This document shows, piece after piece, positions 20,200-30,133 of a stretch of DNA of 64,000 nucleotides. How positions within the stretch are numbered: the stretch's first letter is position 1; each line of letters opens with the position of its first letter. The notes below the pieces were generated by a model that was not told where the DNA came from, did not search any database, and was given only the letters and a program-made list of their open reading frames with translations. The DNA comes from an uncultured Clostridium sp. (lineage in GTDB: Bacteria; Bacillota; Clostridia; TANB77; CAG-508). The DNA lies in contig CANBHY010000004.1 of assembly GCA_947368535.1 (NCBI GenBank), positions 90,242 through 154,241 on the forward strand, read 5' to 3'. A program made the position numbers and the translations under genes.

Positions 20200-21411
20200 T
20201 TATTTTAATATTTCTTTTAAATCTTTTGCATATGTTTTTAATCTTTTAAAACATTCATATGCGTTTTTAATTTCTTTTTTATTTCTTGATATATATCCTC
20301 TTTCTTTTGAATTTGTAGGTAGGTCTACAATTAATGTTTCCTGATTTATACCGTCCCATCCGTCTCCTACAATTTTTAAAAGTTCTGGCTCTTTTTCTAA
20401 AATTTCATCATAATCTACAAACATCGTATTTATATTACTTTGCATATAAATTTTTAAAGTTTTGTTATTTTTGAATTCTTGAATTTTACTTTTACTGAAT
20501 ATAAATATTCTTTCTAATTTTACACCTCTGTTTGCTGCTTCTAAATTGGTTACTCTGAATGCCATTTCAAGTGGTTCTTCTGTCCATTCATCTTCTAGCA
20601 TTGTTGATGCACACCACATATGAGAGTCTTTTGTTAGATTTTTAAAATAATTGTTTATTGTTTTATAAAATTCTCCAGTTAATAAATTTCTTGTTCTTTC
20701 ATTTTTCTCAAATTCTATTGCTCCTCCAGTTGTATCAATTGCTGTTCCTGTTGTGTTTTTAAATCCGATAATTAGATTTACCACATCTTCTGCTATTTCG
20801 TCATAATTTAGTATTGTTTGGTTTTCTATTTTAGTTTGAATATTTATCGCATTTATTCTTGCGCCGTTTTTTTCTTTTAGATCTTTGCATATTTTTTCTT
20901 CTAATTTTTGTTTTGAGCTTTCTAAACCGTTTAATAAAACTATACTAGAAGAACAGTTCATTTTATCAGAAAAAATATTTACTATTTCTTCTTTATTTTC
21001 TGTAACATCATCTATGTCAATGAATATTAGTCCTTCATAGTATTTTGATAAAATTTTATTCATCTCTTGTATATTTTTATAATCTATTGTATTTGTTTTT
21101 ATAGTATTTAATTTTTCATTAATTTTCTTATTGCTAAATCCCTCTACAATATAACCATTCTTTTGAAGTAATGGTACTAAGTATTTACTTATTTCGCTGT
21201 TAACGTTAATTATTGAAATCCTTTTTTCAGTGTTAATGTATTCTACTATTTTACTTCTTTTATCTGCTGGTTTTACTGTATCTTCTGGAATCATCCAAAC
21301 CATTCCATTTTTTATTGCACCATTTATTCTGTTTTCTCTGCATAGGTTTATAATTCTTCTTTCTGATATTCCCCATTTTTCTGAAAATTGTTTTATTGTT
21401 AAATATCCCAT
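20200..21411 (-). CDS. DNA-binding protein with an N-terminal excisionase/MerR-type HTH and a large uncharacterised C-terminal domain. Start set at the ATG at 21411 with an AGGAGA RBS. The track ORF starts at a TTG at 21447.
   Basis: LTIKQFSEKWGISERRIINLCRENRINGAIKNGMVWMIPEDT is a typical HTH_17-like helix-turn-helix. Confidence 0.6.
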   Translation of the reverse strand: MGYLTIKQFSEKWGISERRIINLCRENRINGAIKNGMVWMIPEDTVKPADKRSKIVEYINTEKRISIINVNSEISKYLVPLLQKNGYIVEGFSNKKINEKLNTIKTNTIDYKNIQEMNKILSKYYEGLIFIDIDDVTENKEEIVNIFSDKMNCSSSIVLLNGLESSKQKLEEKICKDLKEKNGARINAINIQTKIENQTILNYDEIAEDVVNLIIGFKNTTGTAIDTTGGAIEFEKNERTRNLLTGEFYKTINNYFKNLTKDSHMWCASTMLEDEWTEEPLEMAFRVTNLEAANRGVKLERIFIFSKSKIQEFKNNKTLKIYMQSNINTMFVDYDEILEKEPELLKIVGDGWDGINQETLIVDLPTNSKERGYISRNKKEIKNAYECFKRLKTYAKDLKEILK

Positions 21412-21432
21412 ATTTCTTCTCCTTGTATTATT

Positions 21433-21490
21433 CCTTTTTGAGAACAATATCTTATATCTATATATTATACCTTTTTCAGAACAATGTCAA
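21433..21490 (-). promoter_or_regulatory. Near-consensus sigma-A promoter (TTGACA, 15-nt spacer, TATAAT) overlapped by two 19-nt direct repeats, a candidate operator.
   Basis: On the minus strand, TTGACA is the reverse complement of 21485-21490 and TATAAT of 21464-21469. The repeats are cctttttgagaacaatatc at 21433-21451 and cctttttcagaacaatgtc at 21470-21488. Confidence 0.45.
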
Positions 21491-21505
21491 TATTATTGTT
21501 TAATT

Positions 21506-21649
21506 TTTCTCTTTTTTGTTTGTAATTTTGCTTAATTTTTCTGCATTTTCTTTTTGTTTGTCTAATGGAAGCCATGCAAATTCTGAGCATACTTGCTCAC
21601 CAAACATTGTTGTATTTTCTTTCTTAATACTTTTTTCTTCTTTCATAAT
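21506..21649 (-). CDS. Small ORF (47 aa) with a strong RBS, not in the ORF track.
   Basis: AAAGGAG sits 9 nt before the ATG. Product MKEEKSIKKENTTMFGEQVCSEFAWLPLDKQKENAEKLSKITNKKEKN. Ends just upstream of the promoter of the HTH gene. Confidence 0.35.
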
Positions 21650-21768
21650 TACTCACTCCTTTTATTTTATTATTTTAAATATATTGATTATTATTCATAC
21701 TTGCTTGTATAAATTGTTCAAATATATTATGATTTATATGATTAATAATATTTTTGGAAGGAATATAA

Positions 21769-22571
21769 TGATTACATATTACGATATTTTAGAAGTTTCA
21801 AAGAATGCTTCTAATAATGAAATTAAAAAATCTTATAAAAAATTAGTCAAAAAATATCACCCTGATGTTTTTAAAGGTGATACACATATAGCTAATGAAA
21901 AAATTAAAGAACTTAATGAAGCTTATGAAACTTTATCTAATTTGGAGCTTAGAAGATCTTATGATGAGATTCTGTTTGCACCTACTAATACTAGTATTAA
22001 TTTTTCTGATTCATGTCAAGTTAATAAAGCATCTGATCTTTCTCCTGATGAAAAATATGAAGATTTATATAGATATGATTATTATAAGAAGTACACTACT
22101 CATTATTATGGTGTTTCTCGTGATGATTTAAAGGCTAAAAAATCTAATGTGACTAATAAAAAAGAAGATACTGCTTATATATCTTCTGTGTCTCGATTAA
22201 AACTTATTGTTGTTTTTGGAATTATTGCTATTGTTCTTATTATTCTTTTAATTTGCTTACTTTCTTATATAAAATTGCTTTTTAAAAGCGATTCTAGCAA
22301 TACTAATACTTCTTCTGTTAATATATTGCCATATATTAGTTTTGGTATGTCATATGATTATATTGAAGATCGTATAGGAACTCCTGATTCTGTTGAATAT
22401 AAATCTGATAATATGTATGTGTATTGGGGTGATTCATATATTATTTTTGATAAATATGATTATGTTATCGGATGGCATAATTATGGAGGTGTTTTTCTAA
22501 CAGAAACTGTCACTGGCGAGGATTTTACTTCTCTTCAAGAGTTTTATAATATGATACAAACTGATTTTTAA
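21769..22571 (+). CDS. J-domain (DnaJ-like, HPD motif) protein with an internal TM helix and an unknown C-terminal domain. The upstream part of the track ORF is non-coding.
   Basis: YYDILEV...EIKKSYKKLVKKYHPD. RBS GGAAGGA 8 nt upstream of ATG 21769. TM segment LKLIVVFGIIAIVLIILLICLL. Confidence 0.7.
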
Positions 22572-22637
22572 TAAGTGTATTTATATATTTTTAAAAAATA
22601 TAAGTCTTATATTAATAATTACTATTTTAGTTTGTAT

Positions 22638-22680
22638 AAAAAATAGAGTATTCTAATTATTTTAGAATACTCTATTTTTA
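22638..22680. terminator. Bidirectional rho-independent terminator between the J-domain gene and clpX.
   Basis: 14-bp stem atagagtattctaa / ttagaatactctat followed by a T-run. Confidence 0.75.
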
Positions 22681-23988
22681 TTATGCTGTTTCAGTATTAT
22701 TTTTTCTCATTTTTCTTTTATTTGTTCTTTTTGTAAGAGTTACTGGTTTTTTGTTTTCATCAATTATAATTTCAGGTTTTGTGTTTTCTAAAACTGTTTC
22801 TTTAGTTATAATGCATTTTGCAATTTTTTTGTTGCTAGGTATATCATACATTACATCTCTCATGATTTCTTCTATGATTGAACGTAGTCCTCTAGCTCCT
22901 GTTTTTCTTTCAATAGCTTTGTCAACTATAACTTCTAAGGCTTCTGGAGCAAATTCTAGTTCAACTCCATCTATTTCTACTAGTTTTTTATATTGTTTTA
23001 CTAAAGCGTTTTTAGGTTTTGTTACAATTTCAATTAGTGCTTCTCTTGTAAGTTCATCAAGAGTTGCGACTATTGGTAGTCTTCCTATAAATTCTGGAAT
23101 CATTCCAAATTTTAATAAGTCTTGTGGTAATATTTGTTTGTATATCTCTGATTGACTTACGTCTTTTTTAGATTCTATTGCTGTTCCAAATCCTATAGTA
23201 TTTTTTCCCGTTCTGTTTTTTATTATTGATTCTATTCCTTCAAATGCTCCTCCACAAATAAATAATATGTTTTCTGTATTTATTTGTAAAAATTCTTGGT
23301 GTGGATGTTTTCTACCTCCTTGTGGTGGTACTGATGCTTTTGTTCCTTCTATTATTTTTAGTAATGCTTGTTGTACACCTTCACCACTTACATCTCTAGT
23401 TATTGATGGGTTTTCAGATTTTCTAGAAATCTTATCAATTTCATCGATGTATATAATTCCTTTTTCTGCATTTTCTATGTTATAGTCTGCTGCTTGTATT
23501 AGTCTTAATAAGATATTTTCTACATCTTCTCCTACATATCCTGCTTCTGTTAATGTTGTAGCATCAGCTATTGCAAATGGTACATTTAATACTTTTGCTA
23601 ATGTTTGTGCTAACAACGTTTTTCCACATCCTGTAGGACCTAATAATAATATGTTACTTTTTTGTATTTCTACATCATTTACTTTTTCTAGATTATTTAT
23701 TCTTTTATAATGATTATACACTGCAACTGATAGAGTTTTTTTAGCTTCCTCTTGTCCTATAACATATTCATCTAAGATTGTTTTTATTTCTTGTGGTGTA
23801 GGTATTTTTTCTTCTTCAACTACTTCTACTTCTTCATCTTCTTCATAAAATTCGTCTTCAATTATTTCTTGACATACGTTGATACATTCATCACAAATGT
23901 ATACCCCTGGTCCAGCAATAATTTTTTTAACGCTTTCTTGTGGTTTTCCACAAAAAGAGCATTTAACATTTTTTGTATTGTTTGGCAT
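22681..23988 (-). CDS. clpX: ATP-dependent Clp protease ATP-binding subunit ClpX.
   Basis: N-terminal zinc-binding C4 motif (CSFCGK...CDEC) and an AAA+ module with GPTGCGKT. Confidence 0.95.
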   Translation of the reverse strand: MPNNTKNVKCSFCGKPQESVKKIIAGPGVYICDECINVCQEIIEDEFYEEDEEVEVVEEEKIPTPQEIKTILDEYVIGQEEAKKTLSVAVYNHYKRINNLEKVNDVEIQKSNILLLGPTGCGKTLLAQTLAKVLNVPFAIADATTLTEAGYVGEDVENILLRLIQAADYNIENAEKGIIYIDEIDKISRKSENPSITRDVSGEGVQQALLKIIEGTKASVPPQGGRKHPHQEFLQINTENILFICGGAFEGIESIIKNRTGKNTIGFGTAIESKKDVSQSEIYKQILPQDLLKFGMIPEFIGRLPIVATLDELTREALIEIVTKPKNALVKQYKKLVEIDGVELEFAPEALEVIVDKAIERKTGARGLRSIIEEIMRDVMYDIPSNKKIAKCIITKETVLENTKPEIIIDENKKPVTLTKRTNKRKMRKNNTETA

Positions 23989-24029
23989 TTTTTCACCTCT
24001 TTATTTTGATTATCTTTTGAGTTTTAAAT

Positions 24030-24626
24030 TTATCCTCTTTGATCTAGTATTCCGTCTATTAATCCATATTCTAAAGCTTCCCCAGCTGTCATATAATTAT
24101 CTCTTTCTGTATCCATTTCGATTCTTTCTAAGCTTTGTCCTGTTCTTTCGCTTAATAATTTGTTTAATTTTTCTCTTGTTCTTACCATATGGTCTGCATG
24201 AATTTTTATTTCTGTAGTTTGCCCTGAAAGTCCACCAGATATTAATGGTTGATGTATTAATATTTCAGCATTAGGTGTGGCAAATCTTTTTCCTTTTGCT
24301 CCTGATGCTAGAAGTACTGCTCCCATACTTGCTGCCATACCAACACATATTGTTGATACTGGGCATTTTATATAATTAATTGTATCTACTATAGCCATTC
24401 CGTCTGTTATTGATCCTCCTGGGCTGTTTATATATAATGATATTTCTTTGTCTGGGTCTTCTGATTCTAGGAATAAAAGTTGTGCTACCACTAGGCTTGC
24501 TGAGGCACTATTTACATCTTCTGATAAAAAGATTATTCTATCTTTTAATAATCTTGAGAATATATCATATGATCTTTCTCCTTTGCTTGTTTGTTCTATA
24601 ACATATGGTACTAAACTATTTTTCAT
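24030..24626 (-). CDS. clpP: ATP-dependent Clp protease proteolytic subunit ClpP.
   Basis: 198 aa. GMAASMG region with the active-site Ser, and HQP motif with the His. Confidence 0.95.
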   Translation of the reverse strand: MKNSLVPYVIEQTSKGERSYDIFSRLLKDRIIFLSEDVNSASASLVVAQLLFLESEDPDKEISLYINSPGGSITDGMAIVDTINYIKCPVSTICVGMAASMGAVLLASGAKGKRFATPNAEILIHQPLISGGLSGQTTEIKIHADHMVRTREKLNKLLSERTGQSLERIEMDTERDNYMTAGEALEYGLIDGILDQRG

Positions 24627-24792
24627 CTATTTTATTTCCTTTCTTTTGCTCTTGAATTACTTATAATAAATATCATATTGCTATTCAAAAGTCAATTCTT
24701 TTAAACATCTTTTATAAGTCAGTTTTCGACTTTTTACGCATTATTTTTAAATAATTCATGAATTAGTTATTTTTTACTTTTTTATGGTAAAT

Positions 24793-24830
24793 AAAAAACT
24801 TAGATATTAAAAATTAATATCTAAGTTTTG
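24793..24830 (-). terminator. Rho-independent terminator after tig.
   Basis: Stem aacttagatattaa / ttaatatctaagtt, then TTTTTT on the minus strand. Confidence 0.7.
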
Positions 24831-24840
24831 ATATGTATTT

Positions 24841-26124
24841 TTATTTTGTTACTGCATTATCTAATATAAATTTAACAGTTTTTTCTGACTCTATGCTTGA
24901 AGAAACATATTTTTTAAATTCTTCATTTTGTTTTAGATCATCTTCTGATCTACCATATGTTTTTGCAAGTTCAGCTATTTTTTCATTTAATTCTTTATCT
25001 GTTACTTTTATTTTTGCGTCTTTGCAGATTGCTTCTAAAACTAATCTTGTTTTTATTGAAATTTCTGCTTGTAGTTTCATTGCATCTCTAAATGCTTCTC
25101 TTGTTTTGTTCATCATTTTTAAATATTGTTCTAAATTAACACCTTGATATGTTAATCTTCTATTTAAATCATCTTCCATTGCATCTATTTCATTTTCAAT
25201 CATTCCTGATGGAATATCTATTTTAGCGTTTTTGCATACTTTTTCGATTGCAGCATCTTCCATCTCGTGTTCTGCTCTATGTTTGTTTTGATGTTCTAAG
25301 TTTTTCTTTATATCTGCTTTTAATTCAGCTATTGTATCAAATTCGCTAACGTCTTTTGCAAATTCATCATCCATTTTTGGTAATTCTTTTGCTTTTATTT
25401 CATGTAATTTAACTTTAAATATTGCTGGCTTTCCCGCTAAGTCTTTAGAGAAGTATTCTTCTGGGAATGTAACGTTTATGTCTTTTTCTTCTCCAATTTT
25501 CATTCCTACAACTTGATCTTCGAATCCTTCGATAAAGCTATGGCTTCCTAGTTCTAGTTCATGTTTCTCTGCTTTTCCGCCTTCAAATGGAACTCCATCA
25601 ACTGAACCTTCGAAATCAATTACTGCTATATCACCTTCTTTTGTAGCTCTGTCTTCTACTGTTATTACTCTAGCATTTTTTTCTGCCATGTGAGTTAATT
25701 CATGTTCTACGTCTTTTGCTGTTACTTTATATGCTACTTTTTTAAGTTCAATTCCTTTATAATCTCCTAATTTAACATCTGGTTTTGTTTGAACTATTGC
25801 TGTAAATATTAAATCTTTTCCTTTTTCCATTTGAACTATATCTATATTTGGTTTTGAAACAACCTCTAGATTGTTTTCTTTAATTTCTTTATCATATATT
25901 GCTGGAACAACTTCATTGAATGCATCTTCATAGAACATTTCTACTCCATAATGTTTTTCTGCGATATTCATTGGTACTTTTCCTTTTCTGAATCCAGGTA
26001 CATTAAAATATTTAGCATTTTTCTTGAATACTGTAGCTATTCCGTCTTCAAAAATTTTACTTTCTATTGTGAATTCTAATTTTAATTCATTTTTGTTTTT
26101 TGTTTTTTCTATTTTGATACTCAT
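24841..26124 (-). CDS. tig: Trigger factor.
   Basis: 427 aa. Ribosome-binding motif GFRKGKVP, followed by PPIase and C-terminal domains. Confidence 0.95.
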   Translation of the reverse strand: MSIKIEKTKNKNELKLEFTIESKIFEDGIATVFKKNAKYFNVPGFRKGKVPMNIAEKHYGVEMFYEDAFNEVVPAIYDKEIKENNLEVVSKPNIDIVQMEKGKDLIFTAIVQTKPDVKLGDYKGIELKKVAYKVTAKDVEHELTHMAEKNARVITVEDRATKEGDIAVIDFEGSVDGVPFEGGKAEKHELELGSHSFIEGFEDQVVGMKIGEEKDINVTFPEEYFSKDLAGKPAIFKVKLHEIKAKELPKMDDEFAKDVSEFDTIAELKADIKKNLEHQNKHRAEHEMEDAAIEKVCKNAKIDIPSGMIENEIDAMEDDLNRRLTYQGVNLEQYLKMMNKTREAFRDAMKLQAEISIKTRLVLEAICKDAKIKVTDKELNEKIAELAKTYGRSEDDLKQNEEFKKYVSSSIESEKTVKFILDNAVTK

Positions 26125-26199
26125 TTAAATTCCTCCATTTATTTTAATAGCTTACTTATTATACCATATAATTCAATAATTGCAAGCTTTTGTAACAAA

Positions 26200-27036
26200 T
26201 TACTCTTCTGTCTCTTTTTTATCCTGTATATGATGTTTTAATCTTGGAATAAAGTTTTTAATGAAATTTCCTTTTCCTCTTTGTTTTATGTAAATATATC
26301 CCAAAATTGAAAATACTACTGCTCCTAAAAAATTTACTTCTAAGTCTTTCATAGTGTCTATTAAACCAATGTCTAATAATCCACCTTCTACTACTAATTC
26401 TTGTTTTTGTCCATTTATTTCTCCTTGGATAATTGTTCTTTCTATATTTTCTATTATTACAGGTTTATTTTCGTTGTGTTCGTTTAATTTTACTGATGAT
26501 ATATTTGTAACTATTCTATCTTTCTGCATATCTGTCCATAAAACTTGATCTGATGTATATTCAAAAAATTCCCACATTACTCCTATCATCATAGAAAAGC
26601 TAAATGCTACTATTGCTACAAATATTGGAGTTAATTCTATTGAGAAAATTTTTCTTTCGTTCAAAATATCAATTAATGAGAATCCTACGCCTGCCATTAT
26701 AAATCCGTTAATTGTATGTAAAATTGTATCCCAATATGGAATAATTCCATAGAAATTTTGAATTTCTCCTAATATTTCTGCTGAAAATATAAATATCAAT
26801 ATAATTGCTTCTAATAATTTAGGTAATTCTATGTTTAGCTTTTTCTCTACAATACTTGGTATTAATAGTAATACTAATGTTAATATACATATAAAAACAG
26901 ATTCCCAGCTCTTATGTATTATTTGAATTATTAATGTTAAAATAACTAATGTTCTTATAATAATGTACACTGATAAGTCTCTTTTTTTATGCTTAGATTC
27001 GCTTATTAATTTTCTTTTTTTCTTTTCTTTTTCCAT
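26200..27036 (-). CDS. Hypothetical polytopic membrane protein (278 aa).
   Basis: Several TM helices with a central soluble insertion and Lys-rich termini. Confidence 0.5.
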   Translation of the reverse strand: MEKEKKKRKLISESKHKKRDLSVYIIIRTLVILTLIIQIIHKSWESVFICILTLVLLLIPSIVEKKLNIELPKLLEAIILIFIFSAEILGEIQNFYGIIPYWDTILHTINGFIMAGVGFSLIDILNERKIFSIELTPIFVAIVAFSFSMMIGVMWEFFEYTSDQVLWTDMQKDRIVTNISSVKLNEHNENKPVIIENIERTIIQGEINGQKQELVVEGGLLDIGLIDTMKDLEVNFLGAVVFSILGYIYIKQRGKGNFIKNFIPRLKHHIQDKKETEE

Positions 27037-27059
27037 TTTTTCACCTATTTAAAATATCT

Positions 27060-27100
27060 TAAACAAAAAGAGTAAATGGAGAAAGTCCATTTACTCTTTA
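27060..27100 (-). terminator. Rho-independent terminator after tsf.
   Basis: Stem aagagtaaatgga / ccatttactctt followed by tttttgttt on the minus strand. Confidence 0.65.
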
Positions 27101-27140
27101 GTATTTCTGTATTAGGAAAGTCTTAAATAACCTTCTTTAA

Positions 27141-28016
27141 TTATTTAATTTGTTTCATAACTTCTTCAGCAAAGTTTTCTTCTTTTTTCTCTATTCCTTC
27201 TCCTTTTTCAAGTCTAGCATAATCTACTAATTTAGCACCTTTTGATTCGATTAATTTTCCTACTTTTGTGTCTGGATCTTTAACAAATTCTTGTTCTAAT
27301 AAGCAGATGTCTGAATAGAATTTTCCAATTCTTCCTTGTACCATTTTTTCAGCTATTTCAGCAGGTTTTCCTTCATTCATAGCTTGAGCTTTTAGTATTT
27401 CCATTTCTTTTTCTACTTTATCAGCTGGTACTGATTCTCTAGATAAGTATTCTGGTTTTGCTGCAGCTATTTGCATGCAAACATCTTTTGCTAATTCTTC
27501 GTCACCTTTTTCAAAGTTTACTAGAACTGCTATTTTTCCATCTCCGTGAACATAACTTTCAACTAGTCCTTCAGATTCAAATCTTACGAATCTTCTTATT
27601 GACATATTTTCACCGATAGTAGCAATTTTACCTGTTAATACTTCTTGAACTGTATTGTCTGTATCTAAGTATTTTTGGTTTAATAAATCTTCTACATCTT
27701 TAGCGTTTTTTGTAGCTACTTGTTTTGCTATGTCTGCTACAAATTTTCTAAATTCATCATTTTTAGCAACGAAATCTGTTTCTGCATTAACTTCAACAGC
27801 ACTTCCTACTTTTTTATCATCAGAAACGTATGTTGCAACTAATCCTTCTGCTGCTACTCTGTCTGATTTTTTAGCTGCTTTTGCGATTCCTCTTTCTCTT
27901 AATAATTCAGCTGCTTTTTCCATGTCTCCATCAGTTTCTGTTAAAACTTTTTTGCAGTCCATCATTCCAGCACCTGTTTTTTCTCTTAATTGTTTAACTA
28001 GTTCTGCACTTACCAT
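27141..28016 (-). CDS. tsf: Elongation factor Ts.
   Basis: 291 aa, with the UBA-like N-terminus LVKQLREKTGAGMMDCKKVL. Confidence 0.95.
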   Translation of the reverse strand: MVSAELVKQLREKTGAGMMDCKKVLTETDGDMEKAAELLRERGIAKAAKKSDRVAAEGLVATYVSDDKKVGSAVEVNAETDFVAKNDEFRKFVADIAKQVATKNAKDVEDLLNQKYLDTDNTVQEVLTGKIATIGENMSIRRFVRFESEGLVESYVHGDGKIAVLVNFEKGDEELAKDVCMQIAAAKPEYLSRESVPADKVEKEMEILKAQAMNEGKPAEIAEKMVQGRIGKFYSDICLLEQEFVKDPDTKVGKLIESKGAKLVDYARLEKGEGIEKKEENFAEEVMKQIK

Positions 28017-28069
28017 TTGAATATCCTCCTTATTACATTCAAAAAATAAACTTTTTGAATTCTTTTATT

Positions 28070-28867
28070 TTATTCTTGAACTTCTTTAGCTTCAGCTTCT
28101 GTTTCAGCTTCTTCAGCTACAACTTCTTCGATATCAGTTTTTTCTTCTTCTGATTCAGCCATTTCGCTTTCAACATCAGCTGCCTCACCTTGTCTTCCTT
28201 CGATAACTGCATTAGCCATAACATCTGTAATTAATTTTACAGCTCTTATAGCATCATCGTTACCTGGAATTGGATAATCAACATCTTCTGGATTGCAGTT
28301 TGTATCTACTAATCCAACTACTGGTATATTTAATTTTCTAGCTTCTAATATAGCTATTCTTTCTTTTTTAGGATCTACTACAAATATAACTCCTGGTATT
28401 TCTTTCATATCTTTGATTCCACCAAGATTTTTTTCTAGTTTTTCCATTTCTCCTTTTAATAGAATAACTTCTTTTTTAGGTAAAACATCAAAAGTTCCAT
28501 CTTCAGCCATTGTTTCTAATTCTTTTAATCTTTTTACTCTTGATTGTATTGTATTAAAGTTTGTAAGCATTCCTCCTAACCATCTTTGGTCAACGTAATA
28601 CATATTACATTTGATTGCTGCTTCTTTAATGCATTCTTGAGCTTGTTTTTTAGTTCCTACAAATAGAACTGTTTTTCCTTCTTCAGCTTGTTCTTTTAAG
28701 AATTTGTAAGCCTCGTCTAATTTTTTTGATGTTTTTTGTAAATCGATAATGTGAATACCATTTCTAGCTTGAAATATATATTCAGCCATTTTGGGTTCCC
28801 ATCTTCTAGTTTGATGTCCGAAATGAACACCTGCTTCTAGTAATTGTTTCATTGCAACTACTGCCAT
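28070..28867 (-). CDS. rpsB: 30S ribosomal protein S2, with an acidic C-terminal tail.
   Basis: 265 aa, containing [15 protein letters not shown]. Confidence 0.95.
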   Translation of the reverse strand: MAVVAMKQLLEAGVHFGHQTRRWEPKMAEYIFQARNGIHIIDLQKTSKKLDEAYKFLKEQAEEGKTVLFVGTKKQAQECIKEAAIKCNMYYVDQRWLGGMLTNFNTIQSRVKRLKELETMAEDGTFDVLPKKEVILLKGEMEKLEKNLGGIKDMKEIPGVIFVVDPKKERIAILEARKLNIPVVGLVDTNCNPEDVDYPIPGNDDAIRAVKLITDVMANAVIEGRQGEAADVESEMAESEEEKTDIEEVVAEEAETEAEAKEVQE

Positions 28868-29021
28868 TTTAAATTCCTCCTTGTTTTTTATACTTCCGCA
28901 AGTCTTTTATTTACATTTAGGGCCACTAACTTTTGTTAGCACAAACCTAAACTAAACTTACGTGTTTTTTTAACTTGTTCATTATACCAGCTTTCTACTT
29001 ATTTTGCAATACTTTTTGATA

Positions 29022-30119
29022 TTATTTTGATTTTATCTTTTCATATACTTTTTTAAAATCAATTGTTTCTGTTTTCATTTCTTCTTGTAAGTCTCCCCAA
29101 TCATCAAGTTCATCTGAATCCTCTTCTTTATTTGTGCTTGGTTTTCCAGTATAATCAGATTCACTAAACATTTCTGCTATATCTCCTAAAGTTATATAAT
29201 CGTAGTAATATTCATTAAATATGTCTATTTCAAACATTTTTCCTTCTTTTGTTTCTGCTATTGCAAATAATTTTCTTTCTGTGTCATCAATACTATATTC
29301 GCTCTCAAGTGTTATTGTATCTAAGTCATGATATTTTTTATTTGCAACATTTGTAACAGTTATTCCTGATGTTGATAAAAACATTTCATCTAATTCATCT
29401 ATGTTGTTTTTAAAATCTTCGAATTTCATATCTTTTACAACGCTTACTGTTGCTGACCAACCTTCTTCTTCATTTGCAAGTAGCAATACTTCATCTCCAT
29501 TGCTTCTCAAAACTTGATATTCAGCATCTTCTAATCCATATGGTAATGTTAATTCGTATCCAGCAAATTCAATAACTTCATCATTATTTTTTGGTTTTTT
29601 TACAGAGTTTTCATTATCATCGTCATCTTCATCATCTTCTTCTATTTCATTTTCTATTATTTTGTTTTTTGTACTGTTTTCTTTTTTGTTAGATACTTCA
29701 TTTTTAGATGTTTTACTTTTTGGTTCATCTTCGTCTGAATCTTTCTGTTTTATTACTGTAGTAGCTGCAAATATTGCTATTCCTATTAGTAATACAACTA
29801 ACATTCCTATTATTGTTATAAATATTTTATTATTGTTCTTGTTTCCATTGTTGTTTGGTATATTTTCAGTATTTTCTTTTGGTTGTTCCTCTTCTCTTGG
29901 CTCTTCTTTTATAACTTGAGGTTCAACTACTGTTTTTCCAAAGTCATTAAAATCGTTATTTTGTGTTTGTTCTGGTTGGTTAAAGTTTTCATTTGTTGTT
30001 TGTTCATTTGTTTGTTGTGCTTGTACATTTTCTTGATTTACATTTGTTATTGCTCCACAATTTTTACAAAATTGATCTCCTTCTTCTAGTGGTGCTCCAC
30101 ATCTTATACATTCTTTCAT
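29022..30119 (-). CDS. Zinc-ribbon bitopic membrane protein (365 aa): cytoplasmic C4 zinc ribbon, Q/N-rich linker, TM helix, extracytoplasmic domain.
   Basis: CIRCGAPLEEGDQFCKNCGA. TM helix IFITIIGMLVVLLIGIAIFAATTVI. Confidence 0.55.
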   Translation of the reverse strand: MKECIRCGAPLEEGDQFCKNCGAITNVNQENVQAQQTNEQTTNENFNQPEQTQNNDFNDFGKTVVEPQVIKEEPREEEQPKENTENIPNNNGNKNNNKIFITIIGMLVVLLIGIAIFAATTVIKQKDSDEDEPKSKTSKNEVSNKKENSTKNKIIENEIEEDDEDDDDNENSVKKPKNNDEVIEFAGYELTLPYGLEDAEYQVLRSNGDEVLLLANEEEGWSATVSVVKDMKFEDFKNNIDELDEMFLSTSGITVTNVANKKYHDLDTITLESEYSIDDTERKLFAIAETKEGKMFEIDIFNEYYYDYITLGDIAEMFSESDYTGKPSTNKEEDSDELDDWGDLQEEMKTETIDFKKVYEKIKSK

Positions 30120-30133
30120 ATCTTTTCTCTCCT

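Noticed and set aside
21412-21447. TTG start of the HTH-domain ORF.
   Set aside because: The downstream ATG at 21411 with an AGGAGA RBS gives an N-terminus that begins directly with the HTH. The TTG extension overlaps the promoter -10 region.
21516-21768. N-terminal 84 codons of the track ORF 21516-22571.
   Set aside because: No start or RBS was found in this stretch. The J-domain begins at ATG 21769, which has a GGAAGGA RBS. The stretch is the intergenic region, and on its minus strand it holds the 47-aa small ORF.
24640-24760. Canonical CtsR operator upstream of clpP.
   Set aside because: Only one heptad resembles AGTCAAA. The element is palindromic, not a direct repeat, so it is reported as a finding instead.
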